Source: a virus (taxonomy: Duplodnaviria; Caudoviricetes). Taken from it: a stretch of 31,356 nucleotides of DNA. A program made the position numbers and the translations under genes. The stretch is from positions 1 to 31,356 of the IMG/VR virus record IMGVR_UViG_3300020045_008438; one strand, written 5' to 3'. The notes beneath the pieces were generated by a model. The model did not search any database. It was not told the DNA's origin and saw nothing but the letters and a program-made list of their open reading frames with translations. Shown in pieces: positions 6,548 to 14,506 of this stretch. The stretch's first letter is position 1, and each line of letters starts with the position of its first letter.

Positions 6548-7667
6548 CTATCTCAGACCCAGCAACGCCACAATCGCGAACCGCTGCCCAGCATCGATTC
6601 CGCGCCAAGCGAAAGTCGCGCCGATGTTTCCGTCGGACAGCGAGGCGATGGAAACCGGGCGGCGCATACACGCGGAGATTGCGCGGCGATTGAACCCCGT
6701 CACACACACGCATGAGTTGACCATCAGCGCCGACGAGGCGGCTGTTGCGCGAATGTGTGCCGAGTTTGCCCAGGCGAAAATCCCCGACGGAGCAACCATC
6801 TATCCCGAACTCCAACTCTCCCTACCGTGTCTCGACAATCCCTGCACCTGCGATCTTGTTGCGATTTCTGGCTCCGATCTGATTATCATCGACTGGAAAA
6901 CCGGCAAAATCCCGATGGAATATGACGCCGCGCATGATCTGCAATTGTGGTTTTACGCCGTCGGAGCCTATCGCAAATTCGCGGCGGAGCGCACCATAGA
7001 GACCGTGACAGCCTATCGATTCCATCCCCGCGTCTGGGACGAGAGACGTGAGTCTATGGTGGCGTTCGAAGTTGGGCAGATGGGTGAGTACGAGTCCGCT
7101 CTGGTCGGACTGGCCAACAGAGTTAAACGCAATCCCGATCTGGCCTGTCCAGGCGAAATGCAATGCGCATGGTGTCGCGCCAAAACGACGTGCCCCGAAC
7201 ACCTCGAATGGGTCTCTCGCATGGAGTTCCCGCAGGTCTCGCTCGACAGCATGGACATGATTTCGCCAGAGCAGTTGGCGGGGATTCTGGCGCAACGCGA
7301 CCGGCTGAGCACGTACAACCAACTCATGGAGGATGCGGAGAATCTCGCGAGAACCTATCTCGCGGCAGGGGGCAGCCTGAGAGATTCAAACGGCAATGAG
7401 TACACGCTGAAAGAGGGAAGGAGGCTCAGAAGCGTCACCGACTACGAGGCGGCGAGGGCGATGCTTGCGGAACAGGCTCTCCCCACCGCCTCCCTCGACG
7501 CCGCGTCCGATTTCTCGCGTCCGAAACTCATTGCCGCAGCGGCGGTTGTTTGGAACTGCTCTCGCGCCGATGCGGAAGAGCGGCTCATGGGGGTTATAGG
7601 CGACTACGTTGAGGAGAAACGATCCAAGCCGAGCGTGGTTCAGAGCGCGGGGGAGCCGAGCGAATGA
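6537..7667 (+). CDS. PD-(D/E)XK exonuclease, DUF2800/Cas4-RecB-like
   Basis: LRPS....RCPAS, TG..IH, CDLV, IIDWKTG, QL..YA, C.WC....CP cysteine cluster. Confidence 0.85.
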   Translation: MTTNYLRPSNATIANRCPASIPRQAKVAPMFPSDSEAMETGRRIHAEIARRLNPVTHTHELTISADEAAVARMCAEFAQAKIPDGATIYPELQLSLPCLDNPCTCDLVAISGSDLIIIDWKTGKIPMEYDAAHDLQLWFYAVGAYRKFAAERTIETVTAYRFHPRVWDERRESMVAFEVGQMGEYESALVGLANRVKRNPDLACPGEMQCAWCRAKTTCPEHLEWVSRMEFPQVSLDSMDMISPEQLAGILAQRDRLSTYNQLMEDAENLARTYLAAGGSLRDSNGNEYTLKEGRRLRSVTDYEAARAMLAEQALPTASLDAASDFSRPKLIAAAAVVWNCSRADAEERLMGVIGDYVEEKRSKPSVVQSAGEPSE

Positions 7668-8632
7668 AAGCGCCTTTCCCATATTTCGGTGCAAAATCTG
7701 TAATCGCCTCTCGCGTCTGGGAGGCGTTAGGACAACCCGTGCACTATATCGAGCCGTTTTTCGGCTCCGGCGCGGTGCTCCTAAATCGCCCCGAATGGAC
7801 GCCGACAATGGTCGAAACAGTTTGCGACAAAGATGGTTTTCTCGCAAACGTTTGGCGTGCGTTGCAGCAAAACCCTGATGAGGTTGCGCGGTGGTGCGAT
7901 TGGCCTGTGAATCATGCGGATTTGACGGCGAGAAAAGCACGGCTCATCGGTAACGAAGAACGGCTCCTACAGAATCTGATTGCCGACGAAACATGGTTTG
8001 ACGCGAAACTCGCGGGTTATTGGATATGGGCCGCATCGTGTTGGATCGGTGCGGGGCTGACACGCCCCGGCCAGTTACCCCACGTCTCGGACGGCGGGAA
8101 GGGCGTCCACGCGACCGGCAAGAGACCCCACATCGCGCACGGCGGGACGGGCGTTACCGATCCGTATAATACTAATATCTACGCTTGGTTTCGCGAACTA
8201 TCCGAACGTCTCCGCTATGTCCGGGTTGTTTGCGGCGACTGGACGCGAGTGTGCGGCGGATCGTGGCAAGACAAGATCGGCTTGTGTGGCGTGTTTTTTG
8301 ACCCCCCGTATGGCGAGTCTGCCGGGCGAAACAACGACATATACCATCACGACTCCGGCTCAGTTGCGGCAGACGTGCGAAAGTGGTGTGTTGCACGCGG
8401 CGATAATCCCAAAATGCGCATCGTATTGGCGGGATACGCGGGCGAGGGACACGAGGCTCTTGAGTCGCTTGGCTGGCGCGTTGAGGCGTGGTCAGCGCCG
8501 GGAGGGTATGGCAATCAGGCGTCACGAAACAACAATCGGCACAAAGAGCGTCTTTGGTATTCGCCGCATTGCGCGCACGCAGCGCCAGACATGTTTAGCG
8601 AGATAGCCTCTCCCGTTGTGCATGAGCAATAG
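7664..8632 (+). CDS. DNA adenine (N6) methyltransferase, Dam/D12-like
   Basis: PFPYFGAKS, YIEPFFGSGAV (motif I), DPPY (motif IV). Confidence 0.92.
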   Translation: MKAPFPYFGAKSVIASRVWEALGQPVHYIEPFFGSGAVLLNRPEWTPTMVETVCDKDGFLANVWRALQQNPDEVARWCDWPVNHADLTARKARLIGNEERLLQNLIADETWFDAKLAGYWIWAASCWIGAGLTRPGQLPHVSDGGKGVHATGKRPHIAHGGTGVTDPYNTNIYAWFRELSERLRYVRVVCGDWTRVCGGSWQDKIGLCGVFFDPPYGESAGRNNDIYHHDSGSVAADVRKWCVARGDNPKMRIVLAGYAGEGHEALESLGWRVEAWSAPGGYGNQASRNNNRHKERLWYSPHCAHAAPDMFSEIASPVVHEQ

Positions 8633-8640
8633 GCGAGGCA

Positions 8641-8674
8641 GGGGCGGCGGTTTGTGGGAACTTTCCGCCGCCCC
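8641..8674 (+). terminator. GC-rich hairpin (terminator or mRNA processing/stabilising element)
   Basis: GGGGCGGCGG / CCGCCGCCCC 10-bp perfect stem in an intergenic gap; no U-tract on the + strand. Confidence 0.5.
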
Positions 8675-8699
8675 GACAAATAAAACAGGAGGAAACAAA

Positions 8700-8990
8700 A
8701 TGAAAAAACTAGTCGCGTTATCGATTCTACTCGCGTCGCTGTCGGGCTGTGGAATGATGGTCGGCAAGGATCGCGATGCTTGGTTCGTCTATTGCTCAGC
8801 CTTTCAGGAGCGTTCGTCGGGCGTCAAGACCGCGTCAGGTACTGATTTCCACTCAGCGAGTAGTTCGGCTCAGGGCGTCGAGGCATTCGCATCATTGGCG
8901 TCCACGGTCGAGCAGCTATCAGTTCTCGCGGCTCAATCTCAGGGCGTGCCCGTGCGCTCGAATGTCGTTGAGAAGGGGGTCCAGAAATGA
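8700..8990 (+). CDS. Lipoprotein
   Basis: AGGAGG RBS; MKKLVALSILLASLSG-C lipobox. Confidence 0.8.
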   Translation: MKKLVALSILLASLSGCGMMVGKDRDAWFVYCSAFQERSSGVKTASGTDFHSASSSAQGVEAFASLASTVEQLSVLAAQSQGVPVRSNVVEKGVQK

Positions 8991-9661
8991 CTCTCTGCTA
9001 TAAACTCACTGACGAAAACATGCAAACCCGCAACGGCTGTCAATGGGGAGAGGGTGTCGAGCATACCGCGCCGGGTAAAGGCAAACTCTGCACGAACGCA
9101 TACATCCACGTCTATTCCCACCCATTACTGGCGGTATTTTTCAATCCGATCCATGCCGATTTTGCGAACCCGATCCTCTGGGAATGTGATGGAGACATCA
9201 AGATAACCGACCACTGGCTGAAAGCAGGGTGTACGCGAGTCAAAACAATCAGACAGATTCCGTTGCCGGAGATTACGACGGAGCAGCGAGCAGAGATCGG
9301 ACTCAGTTGTGCTCTCGTGGTCTATCATGAGCCGTCGTTTGTCGCGTGGGCAAACCGGTGGCTTGACGGAAGCGATAGGAGCGAGGCTGCTGCGGATGCT
9401 GCTGCGGAGGCTGCTGCGAGGGCTGCGTGGGCTGCTGCGCGGGCTGCTGCGGAGGCTGCGTGGGCTGCGTGGGCTGCTGCGCGGGCTGCTGCGGAGGCTG
9501 CGTGGGCTGCGGAGGCTGCGGAGGCTGCTGCGAGGGCTGCGGAGGCTGCGTGGGCTGCGGAGGCTGCTGCGAGGGCTGCGGAGGCTGCGCGGGCTGCGCA
9601 AACCCCGCTCGATTTAGTCTCGATAATCAGGGGTGTCGTCGAGCGGGAGGTTGGGAAATGA
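8987..9661 (+). CDS. Phage protein with C-terminal AAW/AAR/AAE alanine-rich repeats
   Basis: N-terminal YKLTD...W.EG...LC...IH.Y..PLLA...NPIHA domain, WA..WL.G.DRS, then low-complexity repeat. Confidence 0.8.
   Translation: MTLCYKLTDENMQTRNGCQWGEGVEHTAPGKGKLCTNAYIHVYSHPLLAVFFNPIHADFANPILWECDGDIKITDHWLKAGCTRVKTIRQIPLPEITTEQRAEIGLSCALVVYHEPSFVAWANRWLDGSDRSEAAADAAAEAAARAAWAAARAAAEAAWAAWAAARAAAEAAWAAEAAEAAARAAEAAWAAEAAARAAEAARAAQTPLDLVSIIRGVVEREVGK
9383..9598 (+). repeat. Tandem 9/12-bp repeat (NNN GCT [GCT] GCG)
   Basis: About 20 units with invariant GCT/GCG Ala codons and a variable GAG/AGG/TGG/CGG/GAT codon. Confidence 0.9.
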
Positions 9662-9924
9662 GTTCCTTTAAGTGGGAGTGGGAAGAAAAAATTGTTGCCC
9701 TCAAATCCGAAAACGCCGCGCTGAGAGCCGAGATCGAAACGCTTAAACAGTCCTGCTTGCAATTCGGAATCGAGTTAGGCTGGGCGGAAAATAACGAGAA
9801 ACTGTACAGGTCCGAAATCGAGCGGCTGACGAACCGGCGCGAATTCGAGGTGATCGAGAAAGTAACTGGCAAGGACATTTCATTTGACGGCACAAAATTC
9901 AGATGGAAGGAGGCCGCCGAATGA
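9658..9924 (+). CDS. Hypothetical coiled-coil protein
   Basis: ATGA coupling; LKSENAALRAEIETLK heptads. Confidence 0.65.
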   Translation: MSSFKWEWEEKIVALKSENAALRAEIETLKQSCLQFGIELGWAENNEKLYRSEIERLTNRREFEVIEKVTGKDISFDGTKFRWKEAAE

Positions 9925-10085
9925 TCGACTGCACATACCGCCGCGAAATCGGCGACGAAACACAATGCACGTTATTCCACTATTATCTCACCGACCCCGA
10001 TTTTGAGTGCCGCCAGTGCATCGAGTCGGGAAATCGGGAGATGGAAATCAGGCATAATCAGGAGGTGCAACATGGACTGCGTTAG
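9921..10085 (+). CDS. Small Cys-rich protein
   Basis: AAGGAGG RBS, ATGA coupling; C..Y...CTLF...L...ECRQC. Confidence 0.55.
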   Translation: MIDCTYRREIGDETQCTLFHYYLTDPDFECRQCIESGNREMEIRHNQEVQHGLR

Positions 10086-11004
10086 ACCGTTCGGAGCCAA
10101 AGCGCCGTGGAACATTCCCGTTGCGGGGTTGGCGCGACACCCACAAGCAGATATGCTGCGAGACCGGTTTTGGAGGGACGCCGCGCCCATTTCGGGGCAA
10201 ATCGGTTGCATGTTCGAGCAATACACGTATCCCGTCTATGATGATACATATGCGACAACCGAAGCATGGGTCAAATCTGTACTCCCCTCGAATCTGCAAG
10301 ACACGCGAATCCGTTGGAATCCTGCATGGAAACCCGCGAGCGGTACGGACGGCCAAGCGATTGTTGTGGATTGTACAAACGGGCGCGAGTTCGATTTGCA
10401 CAAAGTCGTTTTCGACCGTGCCAAGCAAACGCTTTTCTGCAATAACGCTAATCTCGTAATGGCAGGCGCGACTCTCGCGTCAACCATACCCGGCGACTTC
10501 CACACCAAAGAAAACGGATTCCGTCCCTCGCGTGGTTGCGGCATTCAGTACTTGGCCATGCTGGTTCGCCCAGAAGAAGTCGCGCAGGGGCATATCGACC
10601 ACGCTTTGAGTATGCACATCCGCAATACCGACGGGTTTGTGCCGCCAGCGACCAAACTCGAATTCGACCGTGGCGGCGTCGGGATTCCTGAAGGCACGCG
10701 GTTCGCCCTCCAGATCACGGATGCCGCGATTGAGAAATGGCTTGCGACGTTACCGGTTAGTCCGCTCTGCCAACGCTCTACCCGCGTGATTGCCAAGGCG
10801 CTCCGTGACTATGGATGGATAATAACCGACACCGGCGGCGGGGCGAACCTGCAATTCGAGGATTATCTGAGTACGGGCGAGAAATGGGACAGGCTGGGGC
10901 TGAACAAGAGATTCATCGGAGGCAAAGAATTTCCGAGGCGGCTCCTTGAGGGGCTATTCACGCGGACGCGCATTTACGCCATCGTGCCGAGCGATCAATA
11001 CTAA
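10072..11004 (+). CDS. Conserved uncharacterised bacterial-type globular protein
   Basis: AGGAGGTG RBS; motifs RPF...PWNIP, DG.AIVVD, LVRPEEV..G.IDHAL, PEGTRF.L, AL.DYG..I.D.GG. Confidence 0.75.
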   Translation: MDCVRPFGAKAPWNIPVAGLARHPQADMLRDRFWRDAAPISGQIGCMFEQYTYPVYDDTYATTEAWVKSVLPSNLQDTRIRWNPAWKPASGTDGQAIVVDCTNGREFDLHKVVFDRAKQTLFCNNANLVMAGATLASTIPGDFHTKENGFRPSRGCGIQYLAMLVRPEEVAQGHIDHALSMHIRNTDGFVPPATKLEFDRGGVGIPEGTRFALQITDAAIEKWLATLPVSPLCQRSTRVIAKALRDYGWIITDTGGGANLQFEDYLSTGEKWDRLGLNKRFIGGKEFPRRLLEGLFTRTRIYAIVPSDQY

Positions 11005-11024
11005 ATGAGAGAGGAGTTTGTCGG

Positions 11025-11201
11025 ATGACTTGGAATAACGTGCTAACATTTCACCACCGCATTATGGCAAGGTTTCTGCGAAAACGCGGATGGGTTGTTT
11101 TCTATCTCGAAAAGCGCTCCCGCATTTGCGACCATAAGGCCGGGACTTGTTGGTTGCATTTGTACGAAGATCAACTACGCGCCGATGGGAGGGTGAGATG
11201 A
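11025..11201 (+). CDS. Hypothetical protein (58 aa)
   Basis: Hand-translated MTWNNVLTFHHRIMARFLRKRGWVVFYLE...; GAGGAG RBS; ATGA overlap with the next gene. Confidence 0.55.
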   Translation: MTWNNVLTFHHRIMARFLRKRGWVVFYLEKRSRICDHKAGTCWLHLYEDQLRADGRVR

Positions 11202-11431
11202 GTGAGTGGAAAGAAACCATTACGTGGTTGTGTAACTACGGCGCAGGTTTTCAAGGCACAATTGATAGAACGGTTGCCGGAGATGGTTCTACGCATTGGT
11301 ACGAATATCGTTGGCGTTTGACTCGCGATACTGGTTGGTTCGTGTCTGACATCGGAGAGCACTCATACTTAACCGTCGAAGAAGCCCAAGCGGCCTGCGA
11401 CGCGGCGGCGGAAAAGGAGGCGAGCAAATGA
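11198..11431 (+). CDS. Hypothetical protein
   Basis: GGGAGG RBS; ends T.EEAQAAC, typical of small phage proteins. Confidence 0.6.
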   Translation: MSEWKETITWLCNYGAGFQGTIDRTVAGDGSTHWYEYRWRLTRDTGWFVSDIGEHSYLTVEEAQAACDAAAEKEASK

Positions 11432-11637
11432 CTGAGACCTACTACATCCCAGCGATCATCAGGACAAAAACGAACGGGTTGCAATGCTCGAAGCGATGCC
11501 AGTTTTGGAATAATGGCTGGTGTATGTTTGATGTGCTACATGCCGAGAACGTCAAAAAGCAGCGTTCGGAAACGTGCAACATGCTCGCCCTGACGCTTGA
11601 CATGTCTCCCGACGAGAGAGGATACGGAAATGACTGA
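11428..11637 (+). CDS. Small Cys-rich protein
   Basis: AAGGAGG RBS, ATGA coupling; CSKRCQF...CMF...RSETC. Confidence 0.6.
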   Translation: MTETYYIPAIIRTKTNGLQCSKRCQFWNNGWCMFDVLHAENVKKQRSETCNMLALTLDMSPDERGYGND

Positions 11638-12181
11638 CGAAATCCGCAACGGCGACGTGCTGGCCGTACACACGATCACGAAATGGTATAAACCTCAAAC
11701 GTGGCTCTCGGCTAGAATCCGGCAGACTACAAAGAGCGAGTGGAACCATGTCGCGTTGATCGTCGAAAATGGCGACGGGCAATATGATGTTGTCGAGGCT
11801 CTATTCCTCGGTGGCGTCGTTCGGCGTTCGCTCATGGTCTATGCCGACGCCGCGAAATACAGAGTCGCGATCTATCGCCCACGAGAGCATGTGTTTGTTG
11901 TTTCGCCCGCCGTTATTGGTCAGGATCGCGTTGCGGAGTGGGCAATCCGGCAGGTCGGCGCGGCGTACTCGTGGCTGAATATCCTCAAAATCCGTGCGCT
12001 TCAGGTGCTATTTCGCAACGATCTTGTTGGCAAAATTCAAATCCCCGGAATGAGTGTCGAGCCAGGATTCATCTGCTCAGGACTCGTGACCCGCGCTTGG
12101 TGGCAAGTCGGCGTTACGCTGGGTGGCGAATTCGCCGACCCGCAAACCGTTATAGAGCACTGCGAAAGGAGGGTACTATGA
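11630..12181 (+). CDS. Permuted papain-like NlpC/P60 enzyme (YiiX/YebB, peptidase C92-like)
   Basis: GDVL, S.WNHVALI (His), VVEA, Y.W, ICSGLV..AW (Cys after His, the permuted order). Confidence 0.85.
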   Translation: MTDEIRNGDVLAVHTITKWYKPQTWLSARIRQTTKSEWNHVALIVENGDGQYDVVEALFLGGVVRRSLMVYADAAKYRVAIYRPREHVFVVSPAVIGQDRVAEWAIRQVGAAYSWLNILKIRALQVLFRNDLVGKIQIPGMSVEPGFICSGLVTRAWWQVGVTLGGEFADPQTVIEHCERRVL

Positions 12182-12393
12182 CCGACGAACCGAGCGACGA
12201 CCGGAGATTCGACGGGGAGTTTTGCACAACAGTAGAAGGCATTTCCTGCCCGTATTACAAGTGGCGATTCTGCCACAAGTTTCGCGTTCGTCTGTGTCTA
12301 ATCCCGCCGTCGGAAGAGGTTGACGATACATACATTCCGAATCGCTTATATCGTTGCGCCGCGTGTCGGAAACTGAAAGGGGAGAAAGAATGA
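12178..12393 (+). CDS. Small Cys-rich protein
   Basis: AGGAGG RBS, ATGA coupling; C...CPYY...CHKF...L...RCAAC. Confidence 0.6.
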   Translation: MTDEPSDDRRFDGEFCTTVEGISCPYYKWRFCHKFRVRLCLIPPSEEVDDTYIPNRLYRCAACRKLKGEKE

Positions 12394-12605
12394 TAAACGA
12401 TGACGGCAAACCAATTAGATGCCCGTACTGCAACGCGGATATTACCGAGGCCGCCGACACCGCAACGTGTGACGCGCCCGATGCGTGGCTGGACAGGGAC
12501 TACGCTGTTTCTATATGCCCCGCGTGCGCCAGAAAACTCAGTATCGTGTTTCATGCCGCTTATATCGAGGCGGACGGCTATGACGAAGAGACGGAAGGAG
12601 ATTAG
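12390..12605 (+). CDS. Zinc-ribbon protein
   Basis: CPYC...CPAC; ATGA coupling. Confidence 0.65.
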   Translation: MINDDGKPIRCPYCNADITEAADTATCDAPDAWLDRDYAVSICPACARKLSIVFHAAYIEADGYDEETEGD

Positions 12606-12607
12606 AC

Positions 12608-12865
12608 ATGAGAGACAGAATGTATATTGCTGTGGTTGTCGCCGCGCTGCTCATAGCGTTCGCAACAAACATCAGCGTCAACAGGATGTTGCACACCAAG
12701 ACCCATGCCGCCGCCGCCGCCGCTGCATCTGACCGCGCTGTTACACAGTCCGCCGCCGAACTCGCCGAGGCGAGCCTGATTCGCGTGCAACAGATCGAGC
12801 GACGGATGCAGCAGGAGGGATATATTGTGGTTCGCGAGATTGAGCCGAAGAAGGTCGCGGAATAA
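12608..12865 (+). CDS. Membrane-anchored small protein
   Basis: AAGGAG RBS; N-terminal YIAVVVAALLIAFA, then an Ala-rich helix. Confidence 0.65.
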   Translation: MRDRMYIAVVVAALLIAFATNISVNRMLHTKTHAAAAAAASDRAVTQSAAELAEASLIRVQQIERRMQQEGYIVVREIEPKKVAE

Positions 12866-12888
12866 GACGTCGGGAAAGGATAACCAAA

Positions 12889-13407
12889 ATGAAATTAGTT
12901 CAGGAGTTTTCGCTTGACCATCGACGCCTCGCTCCCTTGTGCCGTGCCGTGCTGGTCAACGCCGCCGAAAGCATGGTTGCGCCTGTCGAATTGCTTCCGG
13001 TTGTCGAATACGCAGAATTTCATGGTGTCGGAAAACGCGGGAAACCGCTGTCCAGAGTCAGCCGCAAATTCACCGGAGCAATCAAAACCAATAGGTTCTG
13101 GCCGACAAACCTCCAGCGATACTTACAAGACTACCTCTGGGCGCGGGATGACGACACAGACACAAACGCATTTAGTCTGCGGCAATGCTGCGACTGGACA
13201 GGGCTGCATTACGAGCGAGTGCGCGCGATGCTGATGAAAATGGGAGAAGATCGGACGCGGCTTGTTAACAGGCTCCGCAACAAAACCTTGCCGGAGATTT
13301 CCACGGTGAACGGGATCGAGGTTACGCCGACGCGGGAGCGTGTGATTGTTGTCCCGCGCGTTTTATTGCGCCGATACCGGTTTCCCGGCGGTGTCGGTTT
13401 GCGCTAA
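12889..13407 (+). CDS. Hypothetical protein, possible transcriptional regulator
   Basis: L.RAVL..A and FSL..CC..TGL.YERVR (HTH-like); last gene of the early arm. Confidence 0.55.
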   Translation: MKLVQEFSLDHRRLAPLCRAVLVNAAESMVAPVELLPVVEYAEFHGVGKRGKPLSRVSRKFTGAIKTNRFWPTNLQRYLQDYLWARDDDTDTNAFSLRQCCDWTGLHYERVRAMLMKMGEDRTRLVNRLRNKTLPEISTVNGIEVTPTRERVIVVPRVLLRRYRFPGGVGLR

Positions 13408-13410
13408 AAT

Positions 13411-13510
13411 AGGGCGGCGGCGTGAGGGCGGGATACGTGCGGGGGTGTTGTTGTACTTTTGGAGCAGGACGCTCTGAGGTTCGCATTGCGAAATGACACG
13501 CCACCGCCCT
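13411..13510. terminator. Structured convergent intergenic region
   Basis: 14-bp closing stem AGGGCGG(C/T)GGCGTG with one G-U pair on the - strand, two internal hairpins, ATTTT after the stem on the - strand. Confidence 0.5.
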
Positions 13511-14075
13511 AATATGCGGCTCGATTGAGCCAACCGTCAAGATACGGCTTATAGTTCGGGTTCCGCGCGACGCAGGCGCGATAGAAAACCTCCATCTGCG
13601 CACGAAACTCGTGGAGAAAAAACGACGGAGTGATTTCGTTGACCGCCGCCGCCGTTCGCCCGCCGAAAATCCCGTCCACCGCAAGCGGCACGATCCACTC
13701 GTGAGTTTGTTTGTACCACTCCTGAATGAGCGCGTTGATAGTACGCTGGACGATTTTGTGAGCCTGCATCCCGCCGGCGTTGACGGACAACGCGAGTATC
13801 CGCGCCGCCACGCCCTCTTCGGCGATAGCCTCATAGCCGAACCGCTCCCACCAAAACCGACGATAGATGTCGATTGCCTGAGACCGCGACAGTAGCCGCA
13901 CGTCCGCCGCGTCAATCACGCCGTTGCCATCCAGATCGCCCTCGATGGCTCCCAGTTCGGCAAGCACGGGGCGCGTGATTCCATATCGTGTTACACCGCC
14001 CGCGTCAACATCATCAGACTCGACACCCTCAAGCCATAGGACGTGCTCCACGGCATAGTCAAATTTCCGGCTCAT
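13509..14075 (-). CDS. Endolysin, glycoside hydrolase family 108 with peptidoglycan-binding C-terminus
   Basis: EG..SD..D.GG.T.YGIT, Y.RFWW, VNAG, VDG.FG.RT, GW.NR. Confidence 0.92.
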   Translation of the reverse strand: MSRKFDYAVEHVLWLEGVESDDVDAGGVTRYGITRPVLAELGAIEGDLDGNGVIDAADVRLLSRSQAIDIYRRFWWERFGYEAIAEEGVAARILALSVNAGGMQAHKIVQRTINALIQEWYKQTHEWIVPLAVDGIFGGRTAAAVNEITPSFFLHEFRAQMEVFYRACVARNPNYKPYLDGWLNRAAY

Positions 14076-14494
14076 GGCGTGCCCCTTGTTGTGATAATCA
14101 TTTTGATCGCCTCATAGAGCGCAACTACAACGGCGGATACTCCCGTCGCAACTCCCGCGCGGGATTTGAGCGCTGCGACTAACAGCCCAAGCAAATCCAG
14201 TTCGGTTTGCAGTTGTTTCACATTGCCGTTTGTTGTATCCGACCTCACGCCGTTTCGCGACGCAACTGCCGTAAGCCGTTCGTCAAGCCGCGCCCACAAA
14301 ACCGCATGGTCTTTGCACGGGAGAGAGTCGAATTTTGTCAGCATGAGATTCATCATTCTGCTCATCTCTGATAACTCCACTTGTATCGTGGAAACCAACA
14401 CTCGCAATTCAAGATTCTCCTCGCGGCGACGCTCTTCGCGTTCCTCACGGCTTGGGGGATTCATTGTCACAGTCTCCAGTTTATCATCAGACAT
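14072..14494 (-). CDS. Holin-like / lysis-associated membrane protein
   Basis: GAGGTG RBS; coiled coil then C-terminal hydrophobic segment; ATGA-coupled to the endolysin. Confidence 0.5.
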   Translation of the reverse strand: MSDDKLETVTMNPPSREEREERRREENLELRVLVSTIQVELSEMSRMMNLMLTKFDSLPCKDHAVLWARLDERLTAVASRNGVRSDTTNGNVKQLQTELDLLGLLVAALKSRAGVATGVSAVVVALYEAIKMIITTRGTP

Positions 14495-14506
14495 GGTATT
14501 CACCTC

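Noticed and set aside
6537-7667. Cas4 / CRISPR adaptation gene
   Set aside because: No cas1, cas2 or array; the context is a phage recombination module.
9383-9598. Possible CRISPR array
   Set aside because: Units are 9-12 bp with no unique spacers and lie inside a coding frame.
9125-9762. Alternative-frame repeat proteins (RSPRSL, LRGLRR, GCCAGC)
   Set aside because: Artefacts of the stop-free GCTGCG tandem repeat.
13900-13945. DLDGNGVIDAAD EF-hand-like loop in the endolysin as a novelty
   Set aside because: Similar DxDxDG insertions are, from recall, common in GH108 lysozymes.
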